Assembly (NCBI GenBank): GCA_964453345.1
Contig: CAYVOC010000020.1
Location: 1 to 18,495 of the forward strand
From: an uncultured Aquificales bacterium
Lineage (GTDB): Bacteria > Thermosulfidibacterota > Thermosulfidibacteria > Thermosulfidibacterales > Thermosulfidibacteraceae
Reading direction: 5' to 3'
Length of the DNA: 18,495 bases
Of this stretch, positions 9,411 through 16,667 are shown one piece after another. The number at the start of each line of letters is the position of its first letter. The first letter of the stretch is position 1. The notes beneath the pieces are model-generated. The model was not told where the DNA came from. It saw only the letters and a program-made list of their open reading frames with translations, and searched no databases. A program made the position numbers and the translations under genes.

Positions 9411-9433
9411 AGAGGCTGTTTGAAAAGAATCGG
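9411..9433 (+). repeat. Left copy of a degenerate direct repeat flanking vapBC
   Basis: AGAGGCTGTTTGAAAAGAATCGG matches 10202-10223 at 19 of 23 aligned positions. Confidence 0.55.
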
Positions 9434-9461
9434 TGCCTTAGACATCGCAATGGCGGATTCA

Positions 9462-9863
9462 TCAACCCACCCAGTTTTCTACTTTTAGCCCCTCAATCCT
9501 TCTGAACTCTTCTTCGTTGTTTGTAACAAGTATAGCGGATAGAGCCCTTGCATGAGCTGCTATCTGAAGGTCGTAAGCACCTATAACTTCTCCTTTTTTC
9601 TCCAACTCAACCCTTATCAGGGCATATTCTTCCGCTGCCTTATAGTCGAAATCATAGATAGTAAAGCAATCTATAAAGTGCTTGACAGCTTCTAGCAGCC
9701 TGTAGCTGCCCCTTTTGTAAGCCCCGTACAGCAGTTCGGATACCACAATGGAGGATAGAGCTATTTCGTGAAGCTGTTCAGTTTCCTTCAGCTTTTCCTT
9801 AATGCACTCGGGCTGGTTCCTGATGATGTAGCTGCAGATGTTTGTATCCAGCATGTAAAGCAT
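9462..9863 (-). CDS. vapC: VapC PIN-domain toxin
   Basis: YMLDTNICS, SELLYG, IGAYDLQIAAHA, LVTNNEEEF.RI.GL.VENW; downstream of an antitoxin gene; GAGGGG RBS. Confidence 0.96.
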   Translation of the reverse strand: MLYMLDTNICSYIIRNQPECIKEKLKETEQLHEIALSSIVVSELLYGAYKRGSYRLLEAVKHFIDCFTIYDFDYKAAEEYALIRVELEKKGEVIGAYDLQIAAHARALSAILVTNNEEEFRRIEGLKVENWVG

Positions 9864-9894
9864 CGCAACCCCTCGCTGGGAAACGCTGCGGCTG

Positions 9895-10131
9895 TTAAAA
9901 CAGCTCTCTTTTTTGAGGAGCTGGCTGCCCTCTATCCTTCAGAAAGTCCCTGCTTTCTTCTCTAACACTGGCAAGTTCTTCAAAAACCACATCCCACTTC
10001 TTGTCCGATGGGAAGAGCACAATCTTACTCCCTATCTTGGTTATACACAACTCCTTTCCCTCTACCCTGAACTCCTTAGGCAACCTGACAGCAAAAGAAT
10101 TACCACTTTTGAAAATTTTTGTTACTTTCAT
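9895..10131 (-). CDS. vapB: VapB antitoxin (AbrB/MazE/SpoVT-type, VagC-like)
   Basis: TKIFKSGNSFAVRLPKEFR N-terminus and DFL.DR.QP.PQKRELF C-terminus; start placed at ATG 10131. Confidence 0.93.
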   Translation of the reverse strand: MKVTKIFKSGNSFAVRLPKEFRVEGKELCITKIGSKIVLFPSDKKWDVVFEELASVREESRDFLKDRGQPAPQKRELF

Positions 10132-10151
10132 GTTTCTTACCCACAAAGCAA

Positions 10152-10172
10152 GTGTTTACCTTATGTATATAC
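10152..10172 (-). promoter_or_regulatory. Candidate vapBC autoregulatory operator
   Basis: Perfect palindrome GTATATAC (10165-10172) plus imperfect copy GTGTTTAC (10152-10159), just upstream of vapB; AbrB-type antitoxins typically bind palindromes in their own promoter. Confidence 0.5.
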
Positions 10173-10201
10173 CCAGCCACCAGAGAATGCAACAACACAT
10201 T

Positions 10202-10223
10202 AGAAACTGTTCGAAAAAATCGG
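10202..10223 (+). repeat. Right copy of a degenerate direct repeat flanking vapBC
   Basis: AGAAACTGTTCGAAAAAATCGG; see 9411-9433. Confidence 0.55.
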
Positions 10224-10237
10224 CCTCGTCCAGGGCT

Positions 10238-10267
10238 TTGACAAGCACGGGTTTCTCATAATAAAAT
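10238..10267 (+). promoter_or_regulatory. Candidate sigma70 promoter of the hyb operon
   Basis: TTGACA (10238-10243), 18-nt spacer, TAAAAT (10262-10267); GGAGGAG RBS at 10290-10296. Confidence 0.65.
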
Positions 10268-10299
10268 GCTGATAAAGATTAAAGTAAACGGAGGAGCTT

Positions 10300-11400
10300 A
10301 TGAGACACCTTGGCTCCCAGGGCTTGAGCAGGAGGGATTTTCTAAAACTTTGTGTTATTGCCACGGCCACCATGGGGTTACCAGCCTCCATGGTGGAGAA
10401 GGTGGCAGCCGCCGTGCAGGACAAGAAGCGTCCCCCTGTCATTTGGCTTCACTTTCAAGAATGCACGGGCTGCACCGAAGCCCTGTTGAGATCCAGCAAT
10501 CCTGATCTTGCAACGCTGATCCTTGACCTCATATCCATTGATTACCACGAAACCCTGATGGCGGCAGCAGGCCATCAGGCGGAATCCGCCCTTGAGGAAG
10601 CCATCAAAAAGCATGCCGGAAAATTCATCTGCGTGGTTGAGGGATCCATCCCCACAAAGGACGGCGGCGTTTACTGCAAGATAGCGGGAAAAAAGGCGGT
10701 GGACATCATGCAGGAGGTTGGCTCAAAGGCCGCCGCCATCATAGCCATCGGTAACTGCGCTTCCTTCGGAGGGGTTCAGTCGGCGCCGCCAAACCCCACC
10801 GGGGCAAGCGGCGTTATGGATGTTCTAAAGGGCAAACCCATAATAAACGTTCCCGGATGCCCGCCCAACCCCTACAATTTTCTCGCAACAGTGCTCTATG
10901 TTCTCACCTTCAAGAAGCTTCCAAAGCTTGACAAATACAACCGGCCCCTTTTCGCCTACGGAAGGACCATACACGAACACTGCGAAAGAAGGCCCCACTT
11001 TGACGCGGGAAGATTCGCCGAGCAGTTCGGGGATGAGGGCCACAGAAAGGGCTGGTGCCTGTATAAGCTTGGATGCAAGGGGCCCGTAACCTATGCCAAC
11101 TGCTGCACCACAAGGTTCAACGACATGGATGTGTGGCCCATAGGCTGCGGTGCGCCCTGCGCGGGCTGCACCGAAAAGGGCGTCGCCTTCTTCATGCCCC
11201 TCAGGGAAAAGGTTGACATACACCAGATGACACCGCCCGAACAGTATGCCCCCATAAAGCACAAGGGCGGTAAGGTGACAGCCCCTGGTGTTGCGGCAGC
11301 CTCCGCGGCGGTGGGAGCCGCCTTAGGTGCAGCCGCCGTTGCGGCCTACAAACTTCCCGACAAAAGCGAGGTAGAGGATGAAGGGGGAAAGGGTAAATAA
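10300..11400 (+). CDS. hybO: [NiFe]-hydrogenase small subunit (Hyd-2/Hyb type)
   Basis: Tat motif SRRDFLK, VIWLHFQECTGC, DYHETLMAAAG, GCPPNP, IHEHCERR, CLYKLGCKGP, PCAGC, C-terminal hydrophobic anchor. Confidence 0.95.
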   Translation: MRHLGSQGLSRRDFLKLCVIATATMGLPASMVEKVAAAVQDKKRPPVIWLHFQECTGCTEALLRSSNPDLATLILDLISIDYHETLMAAAGHQAESALEEAIKKHAGKFICVVEGSIPTKDGGVYCKIAGKKAVDIMQEVGSKAAAIIAIGNCASFGGVQSAPPNPTGASGVMDVLKGKPIINVPGCPPNPYNFLATVLYVLTFKKLPKLDKYNRPLFAYGRTIHEHCERRPHFDAGRFAEQFGDEGHRKGWCLYKLGCKGPVTYANCCTTRFNDMDVWPIGCGAPCAGCTEKGVAFFMPLREKVDIHQMTPPEQYAPIKHKGGKVTAPGVAAASAAVGAALGAAAVAAYKLPDKSEVEDEGGKGK

Positions 11401-12250
11401 AGGCAGAAGGAACTTTCTCAAGAAGGCGGCCGTGGCCACAGGCGCCCTTGCCGTTCCCTCGGTATCATCAGCCTCCTTTGAAACACCGAAGCCCTCAGAA
11501 GACTGGTATGCAATGCTGTATGACGCCACCAAGTGCATAGGCTGCAAAACCTGCATGGTGGCCTGCAAAAGGGCAAACGGCCTCCCCTACGAAGAAGACG
11601 AGGATGGACTTCACGACGCCCCGGTGGATCTATCGTCCAAAACCGTGAACATCATAAAGCTATACAAGGAGGGGGATAAGTTCTCCTTCATAAAGAGGCA
11701 GTGCATGCACTGCGTGGACCCAACCTGTGTTTCCGTCTGCCCCGTTGGCGCCATGAGGAAGGATCCCAAAACGGGAATCGTTTACTGGGACGGGTCCCGC
11801 TGCATCGGCTGCCGATACTGCATGATGGCATGCCCCTTCAACATCCCAAAGTTCGAGTGGGAAAAGACCTTCCCCAAGGTGGTCAAGTGCTTCTTCTGCA
11901 AGGACACCAACCTTAAAGAGAAGGGGATACCGGCATGCTGCGAGGTCTGTCCCACAGGAGCGGTGATCTTCGGCAAGAGGGGCGAGCTTTTAGAGGAGGC
12001 GAAAAGAAGAATACGCGATAACCCTGGCAGATACATCCCCAAGGTTTACGGGGAAAAGGAGGTCGGAGGAACAGACGTCTTCTACCTTGCGGGCATAGAG
12101 TTTGCAAAGCTGGGGCTGCCGGAATTGATTGAAGAATCACCCGCCGCCTTCACAAGGCTCATACACCACGGCATATACAAGACCGTTGCGCCCCCGGCCT
12201 TCGCCTTCGCCCTTCTGTGGATGATCATAAAAGACCGGGACAGGGAGTAG
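11378..12250 (+). CDS. hybA: Hydrogenase-2 Fe-S electron-transfer subunit
   Basis: Tat motif RRNFLK; CIGCKTCMVAC, CMHCVDPTCVSVCP, CIGCRYCMMACPF, CFFC...PACCEVCP; VYGEKEVGGT; C-terminal hydrophobic segment. Confidence 0.93.
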   Translation: MKGERVNKGRRNFLKKAAVATGALAVPSVSSASFETPKPSEDWYAMLYDATKCIGCKTCMVACKRANGLPYEEDEDGLHDAPVDLSSKTVNIIKLYKEGDKFSFIKRQCMHCVDPTCVSVCPVGAMRKDPKTGIVYWDGSRCIGCRYCMMACPFNIPKFEWEKTFPKVVKCFFCKDTNLKEKGIPACCEVCPTGAVIFGKRGELLEEAKRRIRDNPGRYIPKVYGEKEVGGTDVFYLAGIEFAKLGLPELIEESPAAFTRLIHHGIYKTVAPPAFAFALLWMIIKDRDRE

Positions 12251-12254
12251 CGCC

Positions 12255-13406
12255 ATGCGTGAAAGGGAGGTTTGCTTCAGGCCGGTTGATAAACCTTTGA
12301 TAACAAAGCCCTTTATCTTTTTTCTTGTGATCTTTTTGATAGGAGCCTACTTCATCGCTCTGAGGTTTGTGAAGGGCATAGGGTATGTGAGCAACATGTC
12401 CGATGGGTATCCCTGGGGCATATGGATAGCCTATGATGTGGTGGTGGGAACGGCCCTCGGTTGCGGCGGATACGCCCTTGCACTTCTGATATACGTTATG
12501 GGCAAAAGGCAGTATTATCCCCTGATAAGAGGGGCAATACTTACAAGTGCCCTCGGATACACCCTGGCCGGCGCATCCGTCATCATCGACATAGGTAGAT
12601 ACTGGAATGTGTATCACTTCTTCATCCCGTCCCACTGGAATCTCAACTCTCCCCTTCTGGAGGTTGCCCTGTGTGTTATGACCTACATTCTTGTGCTCTG
12701 GATCGAGTTTTCGCCGGCCATAGGGGAGAAGCTCGGCTGGGACCAGGAAAGATTGGAGAAGATCACCAAGGTGGCGGTTCTTCTGGGAGTGGTTCTTCCC
12801 ACAATGCACCAATCCTCCTTAGGATCTGTTGAACTTGTCTCCATGACCAAACTGCACCCGGCCTGGCACACGGCCTTTCTGCCCCTTCTGTTTCTCATGT
12901 CCTGCATACTGATGGGGTATGCCGTTGTGTGTGCCGAATCACTTCTATCATCCCTGTTTTTCAACAGGCCCTTTGAAATGGAGATACTCGGGGGACTCGC
13001 CAAATACGCAAGGCTCTTTGGGTTCTGGTGGGTGGGACTGAGGATCCTCGTGCTTGTAATAGAGGGCAAGCTTATAAAGGCCCTATCTGCCGGATGGCTG
13101 ACCGGCATGCTCTTCTTGGAGATTCTGCTTTTTCTGCTTCCATCCTTCATGCTCCTCTCAAGGGAGGCCCGATACAGCCCGAGGAAACTCTTTGTCGCAT
13201 CCGTTCTTTACCTTCTCGGAGGGGCCCTTTACAGGTTCAACGCTTATCTTATAGCCTGGTCTCCGGGACCGGGATGGGCCTACTTCCCGTCCTTTGCTGA
13301 AACCATGATAACCTTAGGTATAGTATCCTTGGAGGTTCTGGCATACCTGATCTTTGTTAAGAAGTTTCCCGTGCTTCCGAAAGTTGAAAAAGCCAAGGGG
13401 GTTTAA
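12255..13406 (+). CDS. hybB: Hydrogenase-2 integral membrane subunit (NrfD/PsrC family)
   Basis: GYPWGIWIAYDVV.GTALGCGG, DIGRYWN, S.LLEVALC, LPTMHQSSLG, LHP.W, Y.PS..E; many hydrophobic segments. Confidence 0.94.
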   Translation: MREREVCFRPVDKPLITKPFIFFLVIFLIGAYFIALRFVKGIGYVSNMSDGYPWGIWIAYDVVVGTALGCGGYALALLIYVMGKRQYYPLIRGAILTSALGYTLAGASVIIDIGRYWNVYHFFIPSHWNLNSPLLEVALCVMTYILVLWIEFSPAIGEKLGWDQERLEKITKVAVLLGVVLPTMHQSSLGSVELVSMTKLHPAWHTAFLPLLFLMSCILMGYAVVCAESLLSSLFFNRPFEMEILGGLAKYARLFGFWWVGLRILVLVIEGKLIKALSAGWLTGMLFLEILLFLLPSFMLLSREARYSPRKLFVASVLYLLGGALYRFNAYLIAWSPGPGWAYFPSFAETMITLGIVSLEVLAYLIFVKKFPVLPKVEKAKGV

Positions 13407-13408
13407 CC

Positions 13409-15124
13409 ATGGGAAAGAGGATAGTCTGCGATCCCATAACCAGAATAGAGGGCCATCTCAGAATAGAGGTTGAGGTGGAAAAGGGGCACGTTAAGGATGC
13501 CTGGAGCTCCACCCAGATGTGGAGGGGGATAGAGGTTATCCTGAAGGGCAGGGATCCTGAGGACGCATGGTTCATCACCCAGAGGATCTGCGGTGTATGC
13601 ACCACCGTCCACGCCATTGCGTCCGTAAGGGCGGTGGAGAACGCCCTCGGCATAGAGGTCCCCCTGAACGCACAGCTCATAAGAAACCTTATCGTAATAT
13701 CCCACGCCCTTCACGACCACATAGTCCATTTCTACCACCTTTCGGCCCTTGACTGGGTGGATGTGGTCTCCGCCCTGAAGGCCGATCCCAAGAAGGCGGC
13801 CAAAATTGCCCAAAGCATAAGCGACTGGCCGGAAAACGGTGTGTCAAGGTTCAAGGCAACCCAGGAGAGGCTCAAAAAACTTGTTGAAAGCGGTCAGCTT
13901 GGACCCTTCACCAACGGATACTGGGGACACCCGGCCATGAAGCTGCCGCCCGAGGTGAACCTCATAGCCGTTGACCACTACCTTCAGGCCCTTGAATACC
14001 AGAGATACGCCACCCAGGCCTGCGGACTTCTCGGAGGCAAGAACCCCCACATACAGAATTTGACCATAGGGGGCGTGGCAAACCCCATCAACCTCGACAA
14101 CCAGGCCACCTTAAACATGGAAAAGCTCATGAAATATAAGTTCCTCATGGAGAAGGTGGCGGCCTTCGTGAAGGAGGTGTATCTGAAGGATGTGATAGCC
14201 ATTGCCTCCTTCTACCCCGAATGGCTCTCCTACGGAAAGGGTGTGGACAACTACCTTGCGGTTCCCGATCTTCCCCTTGACACCAAGGGCACAAACTTTG
14301 ACCTTCCGGGCGGCGTGATCTTTGACGGCAAAATAGATGAGGTTCACCCCATCAGCAGGTTCGGGGATCCCTTCTTCAAGGAGAATGTGAGGGAGTGCAT
14401 AGCCCACTCCTGGTATGAGGGAAGCTGGACGAGACACCCCTGGGACGAGGAGACCGTTCCCCACTACACCGATTACGATCCTAAAGGCAAATACTCCTGG
14501 AGCAAGGCGCCCAGGTTCTACCACAGAGAAAAGCACTACCCCATGCAGGTGGGACCCTTAGCTCAGGTGCTTGTGGGCTACGGAAGCGGCCATCCACTGA
14601 TCAAGAGGTATGTGGACGAATCCCTCAAGCTGCTGTCCAGCCTTGCCCATGCGCGTGTCAGCGTGGAGCATCTGAAATCAACTCCGGGAAGGCATCTGGC
14701 AAGGGCCATAAGGGCCGCCGTGATAGCGGAGCTCGCCCTGAAGCACTGGCAGCTGCTTGTTGACAACATAGCCAAGGGAGACGTTGAGATCGCCAACAAG
14801 GACTGGAGGTATCCGGCCGGGTCCATACGGGGAGTCGGTTTCCACGAGGCGCCAAGGGGCGCCCTTTCCCACTGGGTTGTTATAGAAAACGGTAAGATAA
14901 AGAACTACCAGTGCGTGGTCCCCTCAACCTGGAACTCATCCCCAAGGGATGAGATGGGAAGAAGGGGTCCATACGAAGAGTCCTTGGTGGGCAACCCCAT
15001 AGCAGACCCCGAAAGGCCCTTGGAGGTCTTGAGAACAGTCCACTCCTTTGACCCATGCATAGCCTGTGCAGTGCACGTGTTTGACCCTGAATCCAGAAGG
15101 GAGAGCGTGGTTAAGGTGCTTTGA
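13409..15124 (+). CDS. hybC: [NiFe]-hydrogenase large subunit (group 1c-like)
   Basis: DPITRIEGHL, L1 QRICGVCTTVH, EAPRGALSHW, L2 SFDPCIACAVH followed by a 15-residue cleavable tail. Confidence 0.96.
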   Translation: MGKRIVCDPITRIEGHLRIEVEVEKGHVKDAWSSTQMWRGIEVILKGRDPEDAWFITQRICGVCTTVHAIASVRAVENALGIEVPLNAQLIRNLIVISHALHDHIVHFYHLSALDWVDVVSALKADPKKAAKIAQSISDWPENGVSRFKATQERLKKLVESGQLGPFTNGYWGHPAMKLPPEVNLIAVDHYLQALEYQRYATQACGLLGGKNPHIQNLTIGGVANPINLDNQATLNMEKLMKYKFLMEKVAAFVKEVYLKDVIAIASFYPEWLSYGKGVDNYLAVPDLPLDTKGTNFDLPGGVIFDGKIDEVHPISRFGDPFFKENVRECIAHSWYEGSWTRHPWDEETVPHYTDYDPKGKYSWSKAPRFYHREKHYPMQVGPLAQVLVGYGSGHPLIKRYVDESLKLLSSLAHARVSVEHLKSTPGRHLARAIRAAVIAELALKHWQLLVDNIAKGDVEIANKDWRYPAGSIRGVGFHEAPRGALSHWVVIENGKIKNYQCVVPSTWNSSPRDEMGRRGPYEESLVGNPIADPERPLEVLRTVHSFDPCIACAVHVFDPESRRESVVKVL

Positions 15125-15576
15125 AGGCACTCATCGTAGGGCTGGGAAACATACTCTTAGGAGACGACGGCGCAGGAGTATGGGCGAGCAAAAGGCTGAA
15201 AGAGCTTGTCAAAGACAGTGCCGTTGAGATCATAGACGGGGGGACGGCTGTAACCAGCCTCCCCCTTCATATGTATCCCGCCATCATAGCGATTGATGCT
15301 GTAAAGATCTCCGGCAAAAGCCCCGGAGAGATCATCATCCTTACCAAAGAGGATCTGTTGAACACCCCGGATCCCCTACCCCTCTCCGGTCACTCAATAG
15401 ACTTCATACACATGCTGAAAATCCTTGATTTCTCAGGAGAGCTTCCAAACAGAGTGTGGCTTATCGGCATATGCGTAGAAGAAATTTCATCGGGAATGGA
15501 GTTGTCAGACAGGGTTAAATCCGCTGTTGAAAAAGCATGCAAGATTGTTCTTGAGATTTTAAAAAATGAGTTGTAA
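15121..15576 (+). CDS. hybD: Hydrogenase maturation endopeptidase
   Basis: LIVGLGNILLGDDGAG, IIDGGT, IDA, SGH motifs; TTG start overlapping the hybC TGA. Confidence 0.92.
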   Translation: MKALIVGLGNILLGDDGAGVWASKRLKELVKDSAVEIIDGGTAVTSLPLHMYPAIIAIDAVKISGKSPGEIIILTKEDLLNTPDPLPLSGHSIDFIHMLKILDFSGELPNRVWLIGICVEEISSGMELSDRVKSAVEKACKIVLEILKNEL

Positions 15577-15584
15577 TCTATACA

Positions 15585-15599
15585 GGGAAGGTGGGGCGA
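15585..15599 (+). repeat. Left arm of a perfect 15-bp inverted repeat flanking hsp20
   Basis: GGGAAGGTGGGGCGA is the exact reverse complement of 16194-16208. Confidence 0.8.
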
Positions 15600-15618
15600 A
15601 GAGAAAGGGGGTGGGGCT

Positions 15619-16185
15619 ATGCCCATGCGCAAGATCAGACAGGAAAGGGAAAAGTGGCAGGTGGGATGGAAGATGAGGTGGGCCTTCGGAGGACCCGAAA
15701 GGCCCCCTGAGGAGTATTTCGGTGGCAGGGACCCATCCGAGGACTACTTCGGATGGAGGGGACCTGCTCCAGACTACTTCGGATGGAGGGAAAGCTATCC
15801 TCCTCCCAGATACTTCGGATGGCAGGATCCCCTTCGCATACCCTTTGGAGCAAGGCCTCAGTTTCCACCCATCGACCTGTATGAGGAAAACGGCAAGCTG
15901 ATCCTGATTGCGGATATCCCCGGATTTGACAAAAGCGAGATCAAAATCGAGGCCAAGGAAAACGAGATTATAATATCGGGTGAGAGGAAAAAGAAATTGG
16001 CCGAAGCGGTCCCGGAGGAGAACGTCTACAGATTTGAAAGGTATTTTGACTCCTTCAAAAGGGTTATAGAACTTCCATGTTCAATAAATCCGGACACTGT
16101 GAAGGCAAAATACGAAAAGGGGACTGTGACCATCATAATGGAAAAATCCGAGGGCGAAAGGGGCAAGGAAGTTCCCATAGAATAA
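15619..16185 (+). CDS. Small heat-shock protein (Hsp20/alpha-crystallin) with repetitive aromatic N-terminal region
   Basis: [55 protein letters not shown]-terminal VPI (IxI-type) motif. Confidence 0.93.
   Translation: MPMRKIRQEREKWQVGWKMRWAFGGPERPPEEYFGGRDPSEDYFGWRGPAPDYFGWRESYPPPRYFGWQDPLRIPFGARPQFPPIDLYEENGKLILIADIPGFDKSEIKIEAKENEIIISGERKKKLAEAVPEENVYRFERYFDSFKRVIELPCSINPDTVKAKYEKGTVTIIMEKSEGERGKEVPIE
15712..15822 (+). repeat. Intragenic tandem repeat, four units with 30/30/36-nt spacing
   Basis: GACTACTTCGGATGGAGGG exact at 15742-15760 and 15772-15790; degenerate copies at 15712-15730 and 15811-15822. In frame, encoding YFG(G/W). Confidence 0.9.
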
Positions 16186-16190
16186 AAATC

Positions 16191-16667
16191 CTATCGCCCC
16201 ACCTTCCCCTTCAAAACCTCAAATCCCTCGCTATTCTCAACCGTAAGCTCAAAGCCATACTTCGAGTTATACCTCAGCCTGCCCTTAACCTTAACAATCA
16301 TGCCCGCCATATCCTTCACGGGAAGCCCCTTATTTGCAAGTTTGCTGGCAAGCCCTTCAGGAACCCTAACAGCAACGTTTCCTACAACAAGAACTGTTCC
16401 TTGTCCTGCCTCTTCTACCCTATCAACCCTTCCCTTAACCCAGACCACCTTCCCCACAGCCCTGTTCAATCCATCAACATCGCCAGAATCCAGCACTTCC
16501 ACCACACCAGCAGACTTCTTTGAGGGGAGAAGAGGAAAATAGTTTCCCTTATTCAAACCAAATCTTTCCGCCCCCCACTTGACAAGAAGCAAACAGAAAA
16601 GAAAGGAAAGAACCACAAAAGAGAAGACAATTATTCTCAATCGCCTTATATCCCCGTCCTTTTTCAT
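16191..16667 (-). CDS. Hypothetical membrane-anchored protein with probable OB-fold
   Basis: Basic N-terminus and one hydrophobic helix, then GKVVWVKGRV...GMIVKVKGRL...FELTV beta-strand pattern; GGGAGG RBS and ATGA overlap with the upstream gene. Confidence 0.65.
   Translation of the reverse strand: MKKDGDIRRLRIIVFSFVVLSFLFCLLLVKWGAERFGLNKGNYFPLLPSKKSAGVVEVLDSGDVDGLNRAVGKVVWVKGRVDRVEEAGQGTVLVVGNVAVRVPEGLASKLANKGLPVKDMAGMIVKVKGRLRYNSKYGFELTVENSEGFEVLKGKVGR
16194..16208 (-). repeat. Right arm of the 15-bp inverted repeat flanking hsp20
   Basis: TCGCCCCACCTTCCC, 8 nt after the hsp20 stop and inside the last codons of the opposing gene. Confidence 0.8.

Noticed and set aside
9336-9461. Lysine riboswitch upstream of lysC
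   Set aside because: Only 126 nt of intergenic space, with a candidate promoter about 40 nt from the start; too short for the L-box.
9381-9470. 10-bp direct repeat ATCAACCCAC at 9381 and 9461 as a target-site duplication
   Set aside because: One copy is the end of vapC and the other lies in the lysC promoter; similar CA-rich words recur locally, so chance is plausible.
9891-9904. Small hairpin GCTGT-TAAA-ACAGC at the vapB stop
   Set aside because: Only 5 bp with no U-tract on the coding strand; too weak to call.
15046-15076. [NiFeSe] hydrogenase
   Set aside because: The L2 motif is DPCIAC with Cys codons; there is no in-frame TGA.
15712-15822. Possible mini-CRISPR array
   Set aside because: Period of only 30-36 nt, spacers far too short, repeats in frame within a CDS, and no cas genes.
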